Assembly (NCBI GenBank): GCA_030390025.1
Contig: CM059440.1
Coordinates: forward strand, 52,638,001 to 52,702,000
DNA from: Squalus acanthias
Taxonomy: Eukaryota
Direction: 5' to 3'
DNA length: 64,000 nucleotides
Both the position numbers and the translations under genes were made by a program. The notes under the pieces are model-generated. The model was not told where the DNA came from. It ran no database searches and saw only the letters and a program-made list of their open reading frames with translations. This document shows positions 51,504-64,000 of the stretch, piece after piece. Each line of letters opens with the position of its first letter. Position 1 is the stretch's first letter.

Positions 51504-53559
51504 TTCCCGGATGCTTCTCCTCCACTTTGTGCGGTCTTGGGCCAGGGATTCCCAGGTGTCGGTGGGGATGTTGTACTTTTTCAAGGAGGCTTTGAGGGTG
51601 TCCTTGAAGCGTTTCCTCTGTCCACCTGAGGCTCTCTTGCCGTGTTGGAGCTCTGAGTAGAGCGCTTGTTTTGGGATTCTCGTACCGGGCATGCAGACGA
51701 TGTGGCCCGTCCATCGAAGTTGATCGAGCGTGGTCAAAGCTTCGATGCTGGGGATGTTGGCCTCAGAGAGAACACGGACGTTGGTGCACCTATCCTGCCA
51801 ATGGATTTGCAGGATCTTGCAGAGGCATCGTTGGTGGTACCTCTCCAGTGCTTTGAGGTGCCTGCTGTACATGGTCCATGTCTCTGAAGCATACAGGAGG
51901 GCGGGTATCACTACTGCTCTGTACACCATTAGCTTGGTGCTAGGTTTGAGGTCCTGGTCTTCAAACACTCTCTTCCTCAGGCAACCGAAGGCTGCACTGG
52001 CACACTGAAGATCGACGTCTGCCCCTGTTGACAGTAGGCTCCCGAGGTATGGAAAGTGGTCCACGTTGTCCAAGGCCTCGTCATGGATTTTGATAATCAG
52101 GGAGCAGTACTGTGTGGCGGGAGCAGGTTGGTAGAGGACCTTTGTCTTACGGATGTTTAGTGTAAGGCCTATGCTCTCGTACGCATCAGTGAAGGTGTTG
52201 CCAATGGATTGGAGTTCGGCCTCAGAGTGTGCACAGACGCAAGTGTCGACTGCATACTGTAATTCGATGACAGAGGATGGTACGACCTTGGATCTGGACT
52301 GGAGGCGACGGAGGTTCGAACAGTTTCCCGTTTGTTCTGTAAATTAGCTCCACTCCAACGGGGAGCTTACTGAGGGCGAGATGGAGCATTGCAGCCAGGA
52401 AGATCGAGAAGAGCATTGGTGCAATGACACAGGCTTGCTTGACCCCGGTCCGTACGTGAATTGGGTCTGTGGTGGATCCGTTGGTCAGGATCACGGCTTG
52501 CATGTCGTCGTGAAGCAGGCGGAGGATGGTGACAAACTTTTGAGGGCAGCCGAATTTGAGGAGGACACTCCATAATCCCTCACGGTTGACAGTGTCGAAG
52601 GCCTTTTTGAGGTCAAAGAAGGCCATGTACAGCGGTTGGTGCTGTTCCCTGCATTTCTCTTGTAATTGACGTGCGGTGAAGATCATGTCCATTGTGCCCC
52701 TTGGTGGGCGGAATCCGCATTGCGACTCTGAGAGGAGCTCTTCAGCCACTGGGAGAAGGCGATTTAGGAGGATTCTTGCGATGACTTTCCCTGTGGCAGA
52801 CAGCAGGGAGACTCCTCTGTAATTACTGCAATCGGACTTGTCACCTTTCTTGAAGATGGTCACGATTACGGCGTCTCTGAGATCCCCGGCATGCTCTCCT
52901 CCTTCCAAATAAGAGAAATGAGTTCAAGTATTTGTGCCAATAGTGCTTCTCCGCATGTTTTAGCGCCTCGGCAGGGATTCCATCTGCTCCTGAGGCCTTG
53001 TTGTTCTTCAGTTGTCGGATGGCCTTTTCAACCTCATGCTGGGCTGGGGTTGTGCTGAGATGGTGGAGGATGGAGTTGAGGACACTCGCGTCGAAGACAG
53101 AGTCTCGGTTAAGGAGATCTTCGAAGTGCTCCTTCCAGCGGGTACTGACTGCCTCTCTGTCCTTGATGAGTACCTCTCCATTCTTTGCCCGGAGTGGGGT
53201 AGGACCTTGGGTGCTTGGGCCGTAGGTGGTCTTGACTGCGCTAAAGAATCCACGCATGTCATGGTTGTCGGCTAGCTGCTGGATCTCCTGCGCTTTCTCC
53301 ACCCACCATCTGTTCTTTAGGTCGCGAGTTTTTTGTTGGACCTCGGCCTTCAGGCGTCTGTAGAGCTGCTTTCTTTCTCTCGAGTTCTGTTGCTGTTTCC
53401 AGATCAGGAATACCTTGCACTTGCGGCTTTTTAGCTCCTGGATCTCCTGGTCGTTCTCGTCGAACCAGTCTTGGTGTTTCCTGGTCGAGTGACCGAGCGT
53501 CTCTTCACAAATGCTGAATATGGAGGCCTTGAGTGCAGACCAGCCGCTGTGGACACACT

Positions 53560-54217
53560 GGGCTGGATTTTTATTGACCCGTGGAGGTGGGTTTGGAGGC
53601 GTGTGTGGGGTTAAAATTGCCTCCACGCAATTTTCATTAAATCGTGTCTGCTGGTCCCGCCTCTAAGGCTGTTAACAAGCACTAAATTGCCTCTATAATG
53701 CCATTTTGAAAGTCCTTTGTGATTTTAACCCTTTTTCTACGTGAAGCACGCCTGTTCAGAACCATGAATGTGAAACCTGGCGGGAGCACATTTGGATAGC
53801 TGACTATAGCTGACTATGACTGACTGGCTGGCTATGGGGATGGATGCATATATGGATGGCTATGGGGATGGATGGATGCATATATGGATGGATGGGGAGG
53901 AGACATATCTGGGAGTGGTGGTGCAAAAATATCTGGAAGCAGAATTAGGGCTGCTGCTGCTCATTTTGCCTCCAGGTCCTCTCACAGCAAAGGCCAGGCA
54001 GTCTTTGCAGACCTTCAATGCAGCAGCAATGATGACATCATCAAAGGCGGCTTTCAGACTGAAAACACTAATTGGGTCATGGGTTCCCACATGCTGGAAC
54101 TCAATTGCCCAATTAGGTGAAAATCGCATCAATCTCCCACATCCAATTGCAGTCGGGTGGATAACACGAAAAATGGATGACACGACCCCAACCCGCCCCA
54201 GTATCAAAATCCAGCCC
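53560..54217. mobile_element. MITE / non-autonomous DNA transposon inserted in the RTE
   Basis: Perfect 12-bp TIR gggctggatttt / aaaatccagccc; internal GGAT-like microsatellite at ~53836-53895. Confidence 0.75.
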
Positions 54218-55439
54218 TCTGTGTCTCTGAATCACTGGGAGTCATCAGGTTGGTTGTGAGGCGCAGGCTGAATAGGGCTTTCTTATCGGGGTCTTTGAGT
54301 GCTCCACTGTTGATTTTCCTGCGGCATTGCTTCTGTTGCCGCCGCTGTTTTGGGGTTACATTGATGGAGATGACAGAGCGGATTAGGTGCTGGTCTGTCC
54401 AGCAGTCGTCAGCTCCTGTCATGGCACGGGTGATGCGGACGTCTTTGCGGTCCCACGCTCGGACGATGACGTAGTCCAGCAGATGCCAGTGCTTGGAGCG
54501 AGGGTGTTGCCATGAAGTCTTGTACTTGTCTCTCTGATGGAACAAGGTGTTGGTTATGACAAGGCCATATTCTAAGCATTTCGACAGGAGGAGGGTACCA
54601 TTGGAGTTGGCTTTCCCTACCCCCTCTCTGCCGATCACACCTCCCCAGAGGTCTGTGTCCTTTCCAACTCTGACGTTGAAGTTGCCAAGGAGGATCAGCT
54701 TGTCGCCCGTTCGGACTTGGGACAGGGATTGTTCGAGGCTGGAGTAGAATTCCTCTTTGGTCTCGTCTGTGGCTTCCAGTGTTGGGGCGTATGCACTGAT
54801 GACCGTAGCGCACTTGTTCCGAGCTAGGGTGAGCCGTAGAGTCATGAGGCGTTCGTTTATTCCACAAGGGGAGTCTCTGAGATGTTCAACTAGCTCATTT
54901 TTTATAGCAAAGCCTACCCGATGGAGGCAGTGTTCTTCTTCAGGTTTGCCTTTCCAGAAGAAGATGTAACCACCGCCTTGCTCCTTGAGCTGGCCTTCCC
55001 CTGCTCACCAGGTCTCGCTTAGGGCAGCGATGTCTATGTCGAAATGTCTGAGCTCCCGTGCAATGATAGTAGTACGGCATTCCGGTCTGTCGCTTTTGGG
55101 GTTGTCCATGAGGGTCCTGACGTTCCAGGTCCCGAACTTCATTTTAAAGGGTGGAAGATGCCTGTGTGTGAATTCTTTTAACATGGGGTGGCCGTTGCAC
55201 ACCAGCTACCACACGGGCTTGACAGAGCAAGGTCTTGGTCCAATGGCAAGGGGATCCAAGACGACTGGAGACCAGGCTCTGCTACATCGGCCTAGCACAC
55301 AGACACAAACATACTCCTACTGTCCTCCTCCCTCAGGTCCTCTCTGCCTGTGTTTCATAGGCTGCAGTTTGGTCCTCCCGACCCCGCTGCTGGTCCATGC
55401 TGCGCCACTCCTGGGCCTCGACCTCGCCCTGGGCCTCGT

Positions 55440-55750
55440 CCTCGCCCTACAACCACCCGCGAGATCTCTGCGCTCCTCCAAGTCTGGCCTCTTGCGCATC
55501 CCTGATTTTAATCGCTCCACCATTGGCGGCCGTGCCTTCAGCTGCCGAGGACCTAAGCTCTGGAATTCCCTCCCTAAACCCCTCGACCTCTCTACCTCTC
55601 TTTCCTCCTTGAGGATGCTCCTTAAAACCTACCTCTGTGACCAAGCTCCTGTCGTAATATCTCATGTGGCTCGGTGTCAAATTTACTTTGCTAATGCTCC
55701 TCCGAAGCGCCTTTTGACGTTTTACTATGTTAAAGGTGCTGTATAAGTTG
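55440..55750 (+). mobile_element. L2 3' remnant
   Basis: RSLRSS...TIGGRAFS...KLWNSLP translation and ttaaaggtgctgtata tail. Confidence 0.7.
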
Positions 55751-55941
55751 TTGTTGTTTATGTAAGCATGTTAAAATGGAAAAACAAATACACTTGCACA
55801 AAAGGTACAATTACTTTTCTTTTAATCACTGTGTAAACTTGAAGTCCAGCTGCTCATGGAGTGTTTTCAGTGAATTTCCCTCAAATTACCCATTTCCATC
55901 TTTTAAAGTTTTACTCAGCGACTGTTTCATTTTTACATTTT

Positions 55942-56691
55942 AAGGATATGCAGGAACTCCCTCACCCCCACTACAGAAAGACGAGTCAGTCTGTTCCCAG
56001 GATTTCACATTTAGCCAGCAGAGTGAATGATCCAGCAAAGAGCGCAAAACACCACGCACAGGAGTTCCTTCGCTGTTTTTGCAGCAGTACTTGGGAGGGA
56101 GGACACAGAAAATTAGGCAGGTGCTACAAAAATGCAAGTTGTTGTGGAATTAACTACATTTCAGTGAGTTACTATTTCCACTCTTGCCCGCCCTAGGTTT
56201 TATCTCTTCCTGCTTGAGGTGGCCTCCTGGAACTTCTCGCACACCAGCTGTTGGCTACATGGAATCGCAACGTTTACAAGGTATGGGCCACGCGGCCCAT
56301 TCAAAAGTCTGCGCATGCCCATTTTCTTTCAATTAAAAAGCCGGCTCACCCCTGGAGCGCTGCACAGCCGCGCAACTTAGAGCGAACATTGCTCTCCCCG
56401 GTGTCCAGGCCAATATTAATCCCTCAATCCACATAACAAAAACAGATTATCTGGTCATAATCACATTGCTCTTTGTGGGAGCTTGCTGTGCGCAAATTGG
56501 CTGCCGCGTTTTCTCACATTACAACAGTGACTCCACTTCAAAAAGTACTGCATTGGCTGTAAAGTGCTTTGAGACGTCCGGTGGTCGTGAAAGGCGCCAT
56601 AGAAATGCAAGTCTTTCTTTCTTTCTTCTTTCAATTATGTATGGCCTCTGGAGTGATGATAAACTCTCCCAATTCCAAAGCCCAGTGGGAT
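55942..56691 (+). repeat. Tandem duplication block, paralogous to 62046-62540 plus 63715-64000
   Basis: Unique sequence and the same SINE/unique junction (ttctttcaattatgtatggcctctggagtgatgataaactctccc) are present twice. Confidence 0.88.
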
Positions 56692-56800
56692 GTGTCTTGT
56701 CTTGAGAGAGCTCCATCCGTAGAAAGGGACAGATGGGCATGTGCAGGACATAAATAGGCAGTTGCCCTGAGGAGAAGAGATTATAGGTGATTGCACAATG

Positions 56801-56943
56801 CTATGATGTAAATTGCATTGAAATATATTGTAAGAACTGTTCCTTGTACATTGCTACAGCTAGAATTAACATGATTATAAATTCAGATATCGGAAGAAAA
56901 ATTCTAAGCATCCGTTGGTTTTTTGTAAAGTCAGTTTCAATTC
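56801..56943 (-). CDS. B7-family TM and cytoplasmic exon D (inverted orientation)
   Basis: Intron end (56944-57100) is the reverse complement of gene C 42587-42755; acceptor ttttaacag; encodes (G)IETDFTKNQRMLRIFLPISEFIIMLILAVAMYKEQFLQYISMQFTS*. Confidence 0.8.
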
Positions 56944-57372
56944 CTGTTAAAAAATAATGAAAATGAGTTATGGCAATGCTTTCAGTGCTAGTTTGAGTTT
57001 CTTTGCCAACACATTTTAAATTAACAATTTGACTTTAAAAAAAGTGACCTTGAATAAGCTGGTAATAAATTAGAAGTTAAAGTTGAGGCTGGGAAGGATC
57101 ACATTGTTTCAGTACTGGTTTAATGATTCAGCTCGATATACACACTTGTACCCAGCGCCATCAGTGTCACTTAGAAGAATATTTTTCTTCCCAGAACATT
57201 GGAAAATATCCCGTCCTTTAAAAGGAAACTCATAAATAGAGGCTATCTGATCAAATTAATGTTTACAAAAAGCATTTTTAAAGTTTGAGAATTGCACAAG
57301 CCACACCCTTCTGTAATATTACGAGGCTTCACTATTGGGTGATTTATAGTAACTAAGTTGGAACTGAATTAA

Positions 57373-59753
57373 TGGCCGCGATTTTGACGGCACTCAGAGT
57401 GCAGGTTCGGAGGCGGGTCCGCTGTCAAAATCGAAATGATTGACAGCAGGTTGTGAACCTGCTGTGAACCCGCCTCCATGTAAGTTTCCAAAGTGTCGGG
57501 TCTGCGATTTCAGAACAGACCCGACACCAAGTAGTGGGGAAGGCATTTAAGATAGTTAAATGCTTGTTAAACGCTTGTTTACTACTATTTTGCTAGCCTT
57601 TTTCTATTTTCCTGCTTTTTTAACGGGGTTCGTTTATATTAATAGATTTCTGACTAGTAAAGGCATCAAGGGATATGGCGATAGGGCCGGTGAATGGAGT
57701 TGAGGCAGAAGATTAGCCATGATCTCATCGAATGGCGGAGCAGGCTCGAAGGGCCGAATGGCCTACTCCTGCTCCTAGTTCTTATGTTCACGTCATTCGG
57801 AGATCACGTCAGGTAAATAGGTCGGGTTCTCTATGTCTCCCCATTGCTGTGAATAGGTGACAGCTGCAAAAGTGGTATGAAAGCTACCATTTCACAGCTG
57901 TTCACTTTCCAATGTCAGAAGCTTGAGCCTTCAAGACTTGGAAGACACTTTTGAGCTTTATGTAGTTTGGAAGTGTTTGGAGTAAACTCTCTATCCACTG
58001 TCACCTCCTTGGAGCAAGCTCTCTCACCATTGACAGATCGCTTCTGTCATCTCAACTTCAGCTGCCATCTATTCCAGCGACATTGGTGCCCTTGAAAAAA
58101 TTTCACCTTGGACCTCTGAATCCCACCACGATCAGCCCCAGCACCAACATCACCAACAACAATATCAACCTTCTCCGCACTCACCTGATGCTGCACAGGA
58201 CACAGGGCATCAGCACCCGACAACATTGCTGCCCAGGACGCCAGGGATGGCCTCACCATGGCCAGATTTACTTCACTTGATGCTGTACACACTGGCTGCC
58301 ACATGATGCACCAGGTTGACACCACCCCACACCAGCACCATAAAACATCCCTATAATGTCCAAGCCATTCCTTTCACACTCATCACAATTGTGGGCAGGG
58401 GGGGGAGGAAGTTATGTCTCAACATTCACTGGAACTCACTAAGACACTTCCAAAGGTGAGCATAGATCTGTCCAATAAGGTAAAGTATTGAAAATATAGA
58501 TTTCAATGTATGACAACACATTAACAGAAACTTCTCAGGAACATTGGCTAAACCTCCCAGGTGCCTACCCTTGTGTGTTGTTAGTTGGTATGATTGGACT
58601 AGGATGAGGGTGAGTGTGAGGGGTGGTTAGTGATAAGGGGAAGTAATAATGTCGATGGAGAGGAATGGGTGGAAGTGCAAGGTAAGTTGGTGTGAGTAAA
58701 GATGTGCAGGAGTAGGGTAGGGAGGGCAGAGTGATGGGGGTGTGATGAGTGGCACAGCAGGATGAGGTTGAGTGTGGCTTGGCAGTAACGTTTCGTGATC
58801 TGCTCAGATCATTGAAAGGTTTACGCCACTGCAGCCTGGTCCTCCTGAGGACATCCCTGCTTGTGCCCTCCTGTGCAATGTGTAACCAGGCTGCGTTGAT
58901 CTCCTGTGGAGGTCTCTTCTGCCTATTGGAAGGGAAGAGAACCTCCCTGCATGCAGGATTCCCTCCATAAGCATATGGAGGGAGTCATGGGAGAGCCTGG
59001 CTGTAGCCGTGCACCTTTGTGCAGTGCTTGTCAGTGTTTGCAGCACCTCAATGCTGTAGAACACTGACAGCAGAAATGTCAAGATCAATTTGGACATGGC
59101 CCCCTTAAGGAAACCGGCTGATGACGTGTCATCATAGAAACATAGAAACTAGGAGCAGGAGTAGGCCATTCGGCCCGTCGAGCCTGCTCCACCATTCAAT
59201 ACGATCATGGCTGATCATCCAAAAATGCAGTACCCTGTCCCTGCTTTTCTCACACAGAATCCCTATCGAGCCTGCACCAACACATATCCCACCCTATCCC
59301 CGTAACCCCACGTATTTAATTCCCCCTAACATATCCCATCCTATCCCCGTAACCCCACATATTTAATCCCCCCCTAACACTAAGGGTCAATTTATCATAG
59401 CCAAATCAACCTAACCCGCACATTTTTGGACTGTGGGAGGAAACCGGAGCACCCGGAGGAAACCCACGCAGACACGGGGAGAATGTGCAAACTCCACACA
59501 GACAGTCGCCCGAGTCCAGATTCGAACCCGGGTCCCTGGCGCTGTGAGGCACCAGTGCTAACCACTATGCCACCGTGTTGCCCATCAAATGATGTCATCA
59601 GACCCACTTCCTATTAATTGGCCGGGTACCTCGCAGGGCGGGCTTAACAAGCCCAATCAATGAAAAATCACTTGGAGAGTGCGGGCTGCAGTAGGCAGCG
59701 GGCTGGGACCGCGACACCGACTCCGGCCGCCCCGGAAGGCAAAATCGCGACCA
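57373..59753. mobile_element. Degenerate PIF/Harbinger DNA transposon with nested CR1 tails and a V-SINE
   Basis: TIR tggccgcgattttg / caaaatcgcgacca; TAA target duplication; Myb/SANT-like remnant on the minus strand at ~58790-59010 (REVLFP...AAWLHIA...LQWRKPFNDL). Confidence 0.8.
59370..59583 (-). mobile_element. HE1-like V-SINE
   Basis: tRNA head GGTGGCATAGTGGTTAGCAC...GGTTCGAATC plus V-domain TGTGTGGAGTTTGCACATTCTCCCCGTGTCTGCGTGGGTTTCCTCCGGGTGCTCCGG. Confidence 0.85.
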
Positions 59754-60139
59754 TAATGTTTGACCAATTTAGAAATTGCTGGGTGACAAACCTTCATTAT
59801 TGATGTAACTGTGTGCGCACGGAGGGAGGGATCCTGTCAGAATAATTACTGAGCGGGACTCGGAGATGAACAGCACTATATATATCTATATATATATACA
59901 TAGATTCAATTATTGTATCTACTATTCAAGACCGCGTTTCACTGTGACTAGGTAGGGGAGGGAACGTGTTTCGAGTGAGAGAAATTGTTACGTGTAGAGA
60001 AATTGTTACCGTCTCCCATTTCAACTGCGAACCTCCCATCTGACATATTTTGCTCAGTTAGGTCGAGTCCTTTTGTTCAGATAGGTTGAAACTTGATCAT
60101 CCAATTCAGTTAGACGCCTAACAACATAAACTGGCAGTA

Positions 60140-60600
60140 CTACAGCAATAACTTACATTTATGGCGTGCCTTCAACATAGCTAAATGTCCCAGTGCACGT
60201 CACACAGGCGTGGCCATCAGAAATAGACACGCAGCCCAAAGTAGGTAATATTAACCAAAAGCTTTGTCACAGTGGTAGGTTTTAAGGAGGGTCTTAAAGG
60301 AGGAGGTGGAAAGATGGAGGGATTTAGGGAGGGATTTCCGGAGCATGGAGCCTTGGGAGACTGAAGCCACGACTGCCAATATGGGACGCTGGGAGGGTGG
60401 GGTGGGGGGGGAATGCACAAGAGGCCGGAGTCGGAGGAACAGAGAATTTGGGGGTGGGGGTTGTGGGGTCACAGAAGGCTGTAGAGAGTGGGAGGGGCAA
60501 AGGCATGAAAGGAATTCAATATAAGGATGGGAATTTTAAATCGGAGGCAATGGGAGACTGGGAGCCAATGTAGATCGGGGGTGATGGGTCAGTGAGACGT
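60140..60600 (-). mobile_element. L2 3' remnant
   Basis: Reverse complement of the L2 tail seen at 29580-30420 (FKTLLKTYHCDKAFG). Confidence 0.6.
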
Positions 60601-61294
60601 GATGTGGGATAGGATATGGGCAGCAGAGGTTTGGATAAAAGAAGTATACAGAGGGTGGGTGATGGGTAGCCATCAAAGGATTTAGAAGACGCTCCATAAA
60701 TGGAAGTTTGTTTCCCCTTTCTTAAACTACTTACGTTGTAGTGAAACAACAAAGGCAGATGTGTTGTGACTGTTACCAGGGTACTGAGGGTGGAACTCAA
60801 GACGTTTGAGGTATCAACAATGCTTTGATTTGATTGCCCAGAAACATTCCAGGGATTTTTGTAACTTCAGTAAATTACGAGCTTTTAATATTCCACTAGT
60901 AATATTTCCCATTACTGTTTAAACAAGAATGATAATATTCAATTGAAGACTGATACATTTTGTTCATTTAACATGATTTTACTGGTCAGATGTTGGGCTT
61001 GAAGCTCAGTTTGCAGACTCAGTTACTACTCCCTCGGTCATAATTGTACTTTCCGAGTCTAGTTTTCATTCTCTCATCCTGCAAACACATAGGCATCATA
61101 CCCATCCAACAGAACAAGTCTAACCACGCACTCCACCCGAGACTACAGCCTGTGTCACTCTTTCCAAACACCTGACTCCTAATATTTCCCCAGTGTTGAC
61201 TGTGTGAACATTTGTCACGGGGGAATTAGTGCATTTCTGGCTGCAGTATTGATCATGTGGTAGAGACCGCGTTACATTACCTTACATCATACAT

Positions 61295-61985
61295 ACAATG
61301 GCATGACCATCGCCGAATCCTCCACCATCAACATCCTGGGGGTCACCATTGACCAGAAACTTAACTGGACCAGCCACATAAATAGTGTGGCAACATGAGT
61401 AGGTCAGAGGCTGGGTATTCTGTGGCGAGTGTCTCACCTCCTGACTCCCCAAAGCCTTTCCACCATCTACAAGGCACAAGTAAGGAGTGTGATGGAATAC
61501 TCTCCACTTGCCTGGATGAGTGCAGCTCCAACAACACTCAAGAAGCTCGACACCATCCAGGACAAAGCAGCCCGCTTGATTGGCACCCCATCCACCACCT
61601 TAAACATTCACTCTCTCCACCACTGGCGTACCGTGGCTGCAGTGTGTACCATCTACAAGATGCACTGCAGCAACTCGCCAAGGCTTCTTCGGCAGCACCT
61701 CCCAATCCCGCGACCTCTTCCACCTAGAAGGACAAGGGCAGCAGGCGCATGGGATAACCACCACCTCCAAGTTCCCCTCCAAGTCACACACCATCCTGAC
61801 TTAGAAGTATATCGCCGATCCTTCATCGTCGCTGGGTCAAAATCCTGGAACTCCCTCCCTAACAGCACCGTGGGAGCACCTTCACCACAGACTGCAGCGG
61901 TTCAAGAAGGCAGCTCACCACCACCTTCTCAAGGGATGGGCAATAAATGCTGGCATTGCCAGCGACGCCCTGATCCCATAAACTA
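61295..61985 (+). mobile_element. Second-family LINE 3' fragment
   Basis: SHLLTPQSLSTIYKAQVRSVMEYSPLAW; tail gggatgggcaataaatgc. Confidence 0.85.
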
Positions 61986-63074
61986 ATTTTTAAAAATCAC
62001 CTATAATCTCTTCGCCTCGGGGCAACTGCAGTTTATGTCCTGCACAAGGATATGCAGGAACTCCCCCAACACCACCCCACCACAGAAAGACAAGTCAGTC
62101 TGTTCCCAGGATTTCACATTTAGCCAGCAGAGGGAATGATCCAGCAAAGAGCGCAGAACATGACGCACAGTAGTTCCTTCACTGTTTTTGAAGAAGTACT
62201 TTGGTAGGAGGACACAGAAAATTAGGCAAGTGCTGCAAAAATGCAAGTTGTTGTGGAGTTAAGTGTAATTTCAGTGCGTTACTATTTCCACTCTTGCCCG
62301 CCCTAGGTTTTATCTCTTCCTGCTTGAGGTGGCCTCCTGGAACTTCTCGCACACCAACTGTTGACAGGAAACCACGAGCAAAGATACTGAACTACATGAA
62401 ATCGCAACGTTTACAAGATATGGGCCACGCGGTCCATTCAAAAGTCCGCGCATGCGCATTTTCTTTCAATTAAAAAGCCGGCTCAGCGGCTGCGCGGAAC
62501 CCCTGGAGCGCTGCGCAGCCGCGCAACTTAAAGCGAACATTGATCATTTGACCATACCTCCAGGAATACCTCCAACCAGAGTTGGCAAAGCTAGTCAGAC
62601 TCCTGTAACAGCATGCCATTTCCCATTACCCGCCCCGGTGGTGAGCTCCCAGAGCTGGCAGTACAGCCAGGAGCCCGACCAAACTATTTAAGTTAAGCTG
62701 AGCCCAAAGGATTTGCTGGGGTCAGCACCAGCTCACTGAGGTAGGCAGAAGTTGTGCATCACCGCAATTCCGCTGCCGATTGAGCTAGAGAGGATATTCT
62801 AGGCCACCATGATTCTATTGAGTAGCCTGACTGAAAACTGACAAACCTTGTTAATTTGAGGTAAGCAATCTGGAATGATGGGCTCAAAGTTGTGCCTTAC
62901 CAACACCCACTGTCTTGGTTACCACATGAAGAATGACAGATTCAGCAATGGTTCCACACAAATTGGTTGAGCTCAAAGCTGTGAAGATTTAGTGCAAACC
63001 TTGGGAATGGATAAGAAATTGGCTGAAGGATAGAAAACAATTGGGGGAGTTAGGTTAAGGTTGGGGTAACCTCG

Positions 63075-63940
63075 TCTACATGCTGCCCCTTGGCGACACC
63101 ATCCGAAAACACAGCGTCAGTTCCACATGTATGCTGACGACACCCAGCTCTACCTCACCACCACCTCTCTCGACCCCTCCACTGTCTCTAAATTGTCTGA
63201 CTGCTTGTCCGACATCCAGTACTGAATGAGCAGAAATTTCCTCTAAATAAACATTGAGAAGACCAAAGCCATTATCTTCAGTCCCCGCCACAAACTCCGT
63301 TCCCTAGCTCCATCTCCATCCCGACTCCATCCCTCTCCCTGCCAACTTTCTGAGGCTGAACCAGTCTGTTTGCAACCTTGGTGACATTTTTGACCCCGTG
63401 ATGGACTTCTGACCACATATCTGCGCCATCACTAAGACCACCTATTTCCACCTCCGTAACATCGCCCTACTCCGCCCCTGCCTCAGCTGAGTGGGTAGCA
63501 CACTCGCCTCTTAGTTCAGAAGGTTGTGGGTTCAAGTCCCACTCCAAGGACTTGAGCACATAAAGCTAGGCTGACACTCCAGTGCAGTGCTGAGGGAGTG
63601 CTGCACTGTCGGAGGTGCCATCTTTCAGATGAGACGTTAAACCGACGCCCTGTCTGCTCTGCCAGGTGGATGTAAAAGATCTCAAGGCACTATTTTGAAC
63701 AAGAGCAGGGGAGTTCTCCCCGGTGTCCTGGCCAATAGTTATCCCTCAATCCACGTAACAAAAACAGATTATCTGGTCATTATCACATTGCTGTTTGTGG
63801 GAGCTTGCTGTGCACAAATTGGCTGCCGCGTTTTCTCACATTACAACAGTGACTCCACTTCAAAAAGTACTGCATTGGCTGTAAAGTGCTTTGAGACGTC
63901 TGGCGCCATAGAAATGCAAGTCTTTCTTTCTTTCTTCTTT
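63075..63940 (+). mobile_element. L2 RT fragment (63075-63488) followed by a Deu-SINE (63488-63940)
   Basis: FHMYADDTQLY motif; SINE B-box, core and tail. Confidence 0.8.
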
Positions 63941-64000
63941 CAATTATGTATGGCCTCTGGAGTGATGATAAACTCTCCCAATACCAAAGCCCAGTGGGAT

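Larger units (their letters stand above)
50040..55290 (-). mobile_element. RTE-clade LINE, near full-length and degenerate, with two nested insertions
   Basis: MKFGTWNVRTL, ALSET, SAYAPT, WQHPRSKHWHLLDYV (APE); NYRGVSLLS, QCGFR, DLKKAFD (RT); C-terminal CPNCDRDCTSRIGLISHLRTH. Confidence 0.92.

Noticed and set aside
59260-59375. Short tandem duplication (ccctatccccgtaaccccac..atttaat)
   Set aside because: Tail-type repeat next to the SINE; not a CRISPR-like or functional array
60005-61085. Possible small minus-strand exons (e.g. Ser/Thr-rich stretch ending at a gtaag donor near 60734) upstream of exon D
   Set aside because: No frame stays open from acceptor to donor and there are no Ig motifs; cannot be supported without transcripts

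Overview
Vertebrate genomic DNA, almost certainly from a cartilaginous fish (shark-type CR1 LINEs, Deu-domain SINEs and HE1/V-SINEs). Most of the window is nested retroelements: CR1, L2, RTE, Penelope, SINEs and PIF/Harbinger derivatives. Two things stand out. (1) Bases 1-3851 (minus strand) are a degenerate endogenous retrovirus. It has a 667-bp 5' LTR, a perfect tRNA-Ser primer-binding site, and a short Gag-like ORF with YPxL and PPPY late-domain motifs. It has no pol except a ~170-nt RT fragment with a spuma-like NGFW motif lodged inside env. The env has paramyxovirus-F-like layout, with a short N-terminal subunit, RKKR, and a long Cys-rich fusion subunit, which suggests a lokiretrovirus-like lineage. 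(2) There is a tandem cluster of B7-family (CD276/B7-H3-like) IgV-IgC-TM genes. Gene A (7278-10202) has its leader exon predicted upstream of the window. A pseudogenised duplicate B lies at 31159-37949, gene C (38805-42904) is complete, a candidate orphan leader exon is at 43515-43596, and an inverted TM/tail exon D is at 56801-56943. In both IgC domains the two canonical cysteines are replaced by Phe. Two of the three TM segments carry a Glu, and the cytoplasmic tails are completely different from each other. All exon and repeat calls were read by eye; repeat boundaries are approximate.
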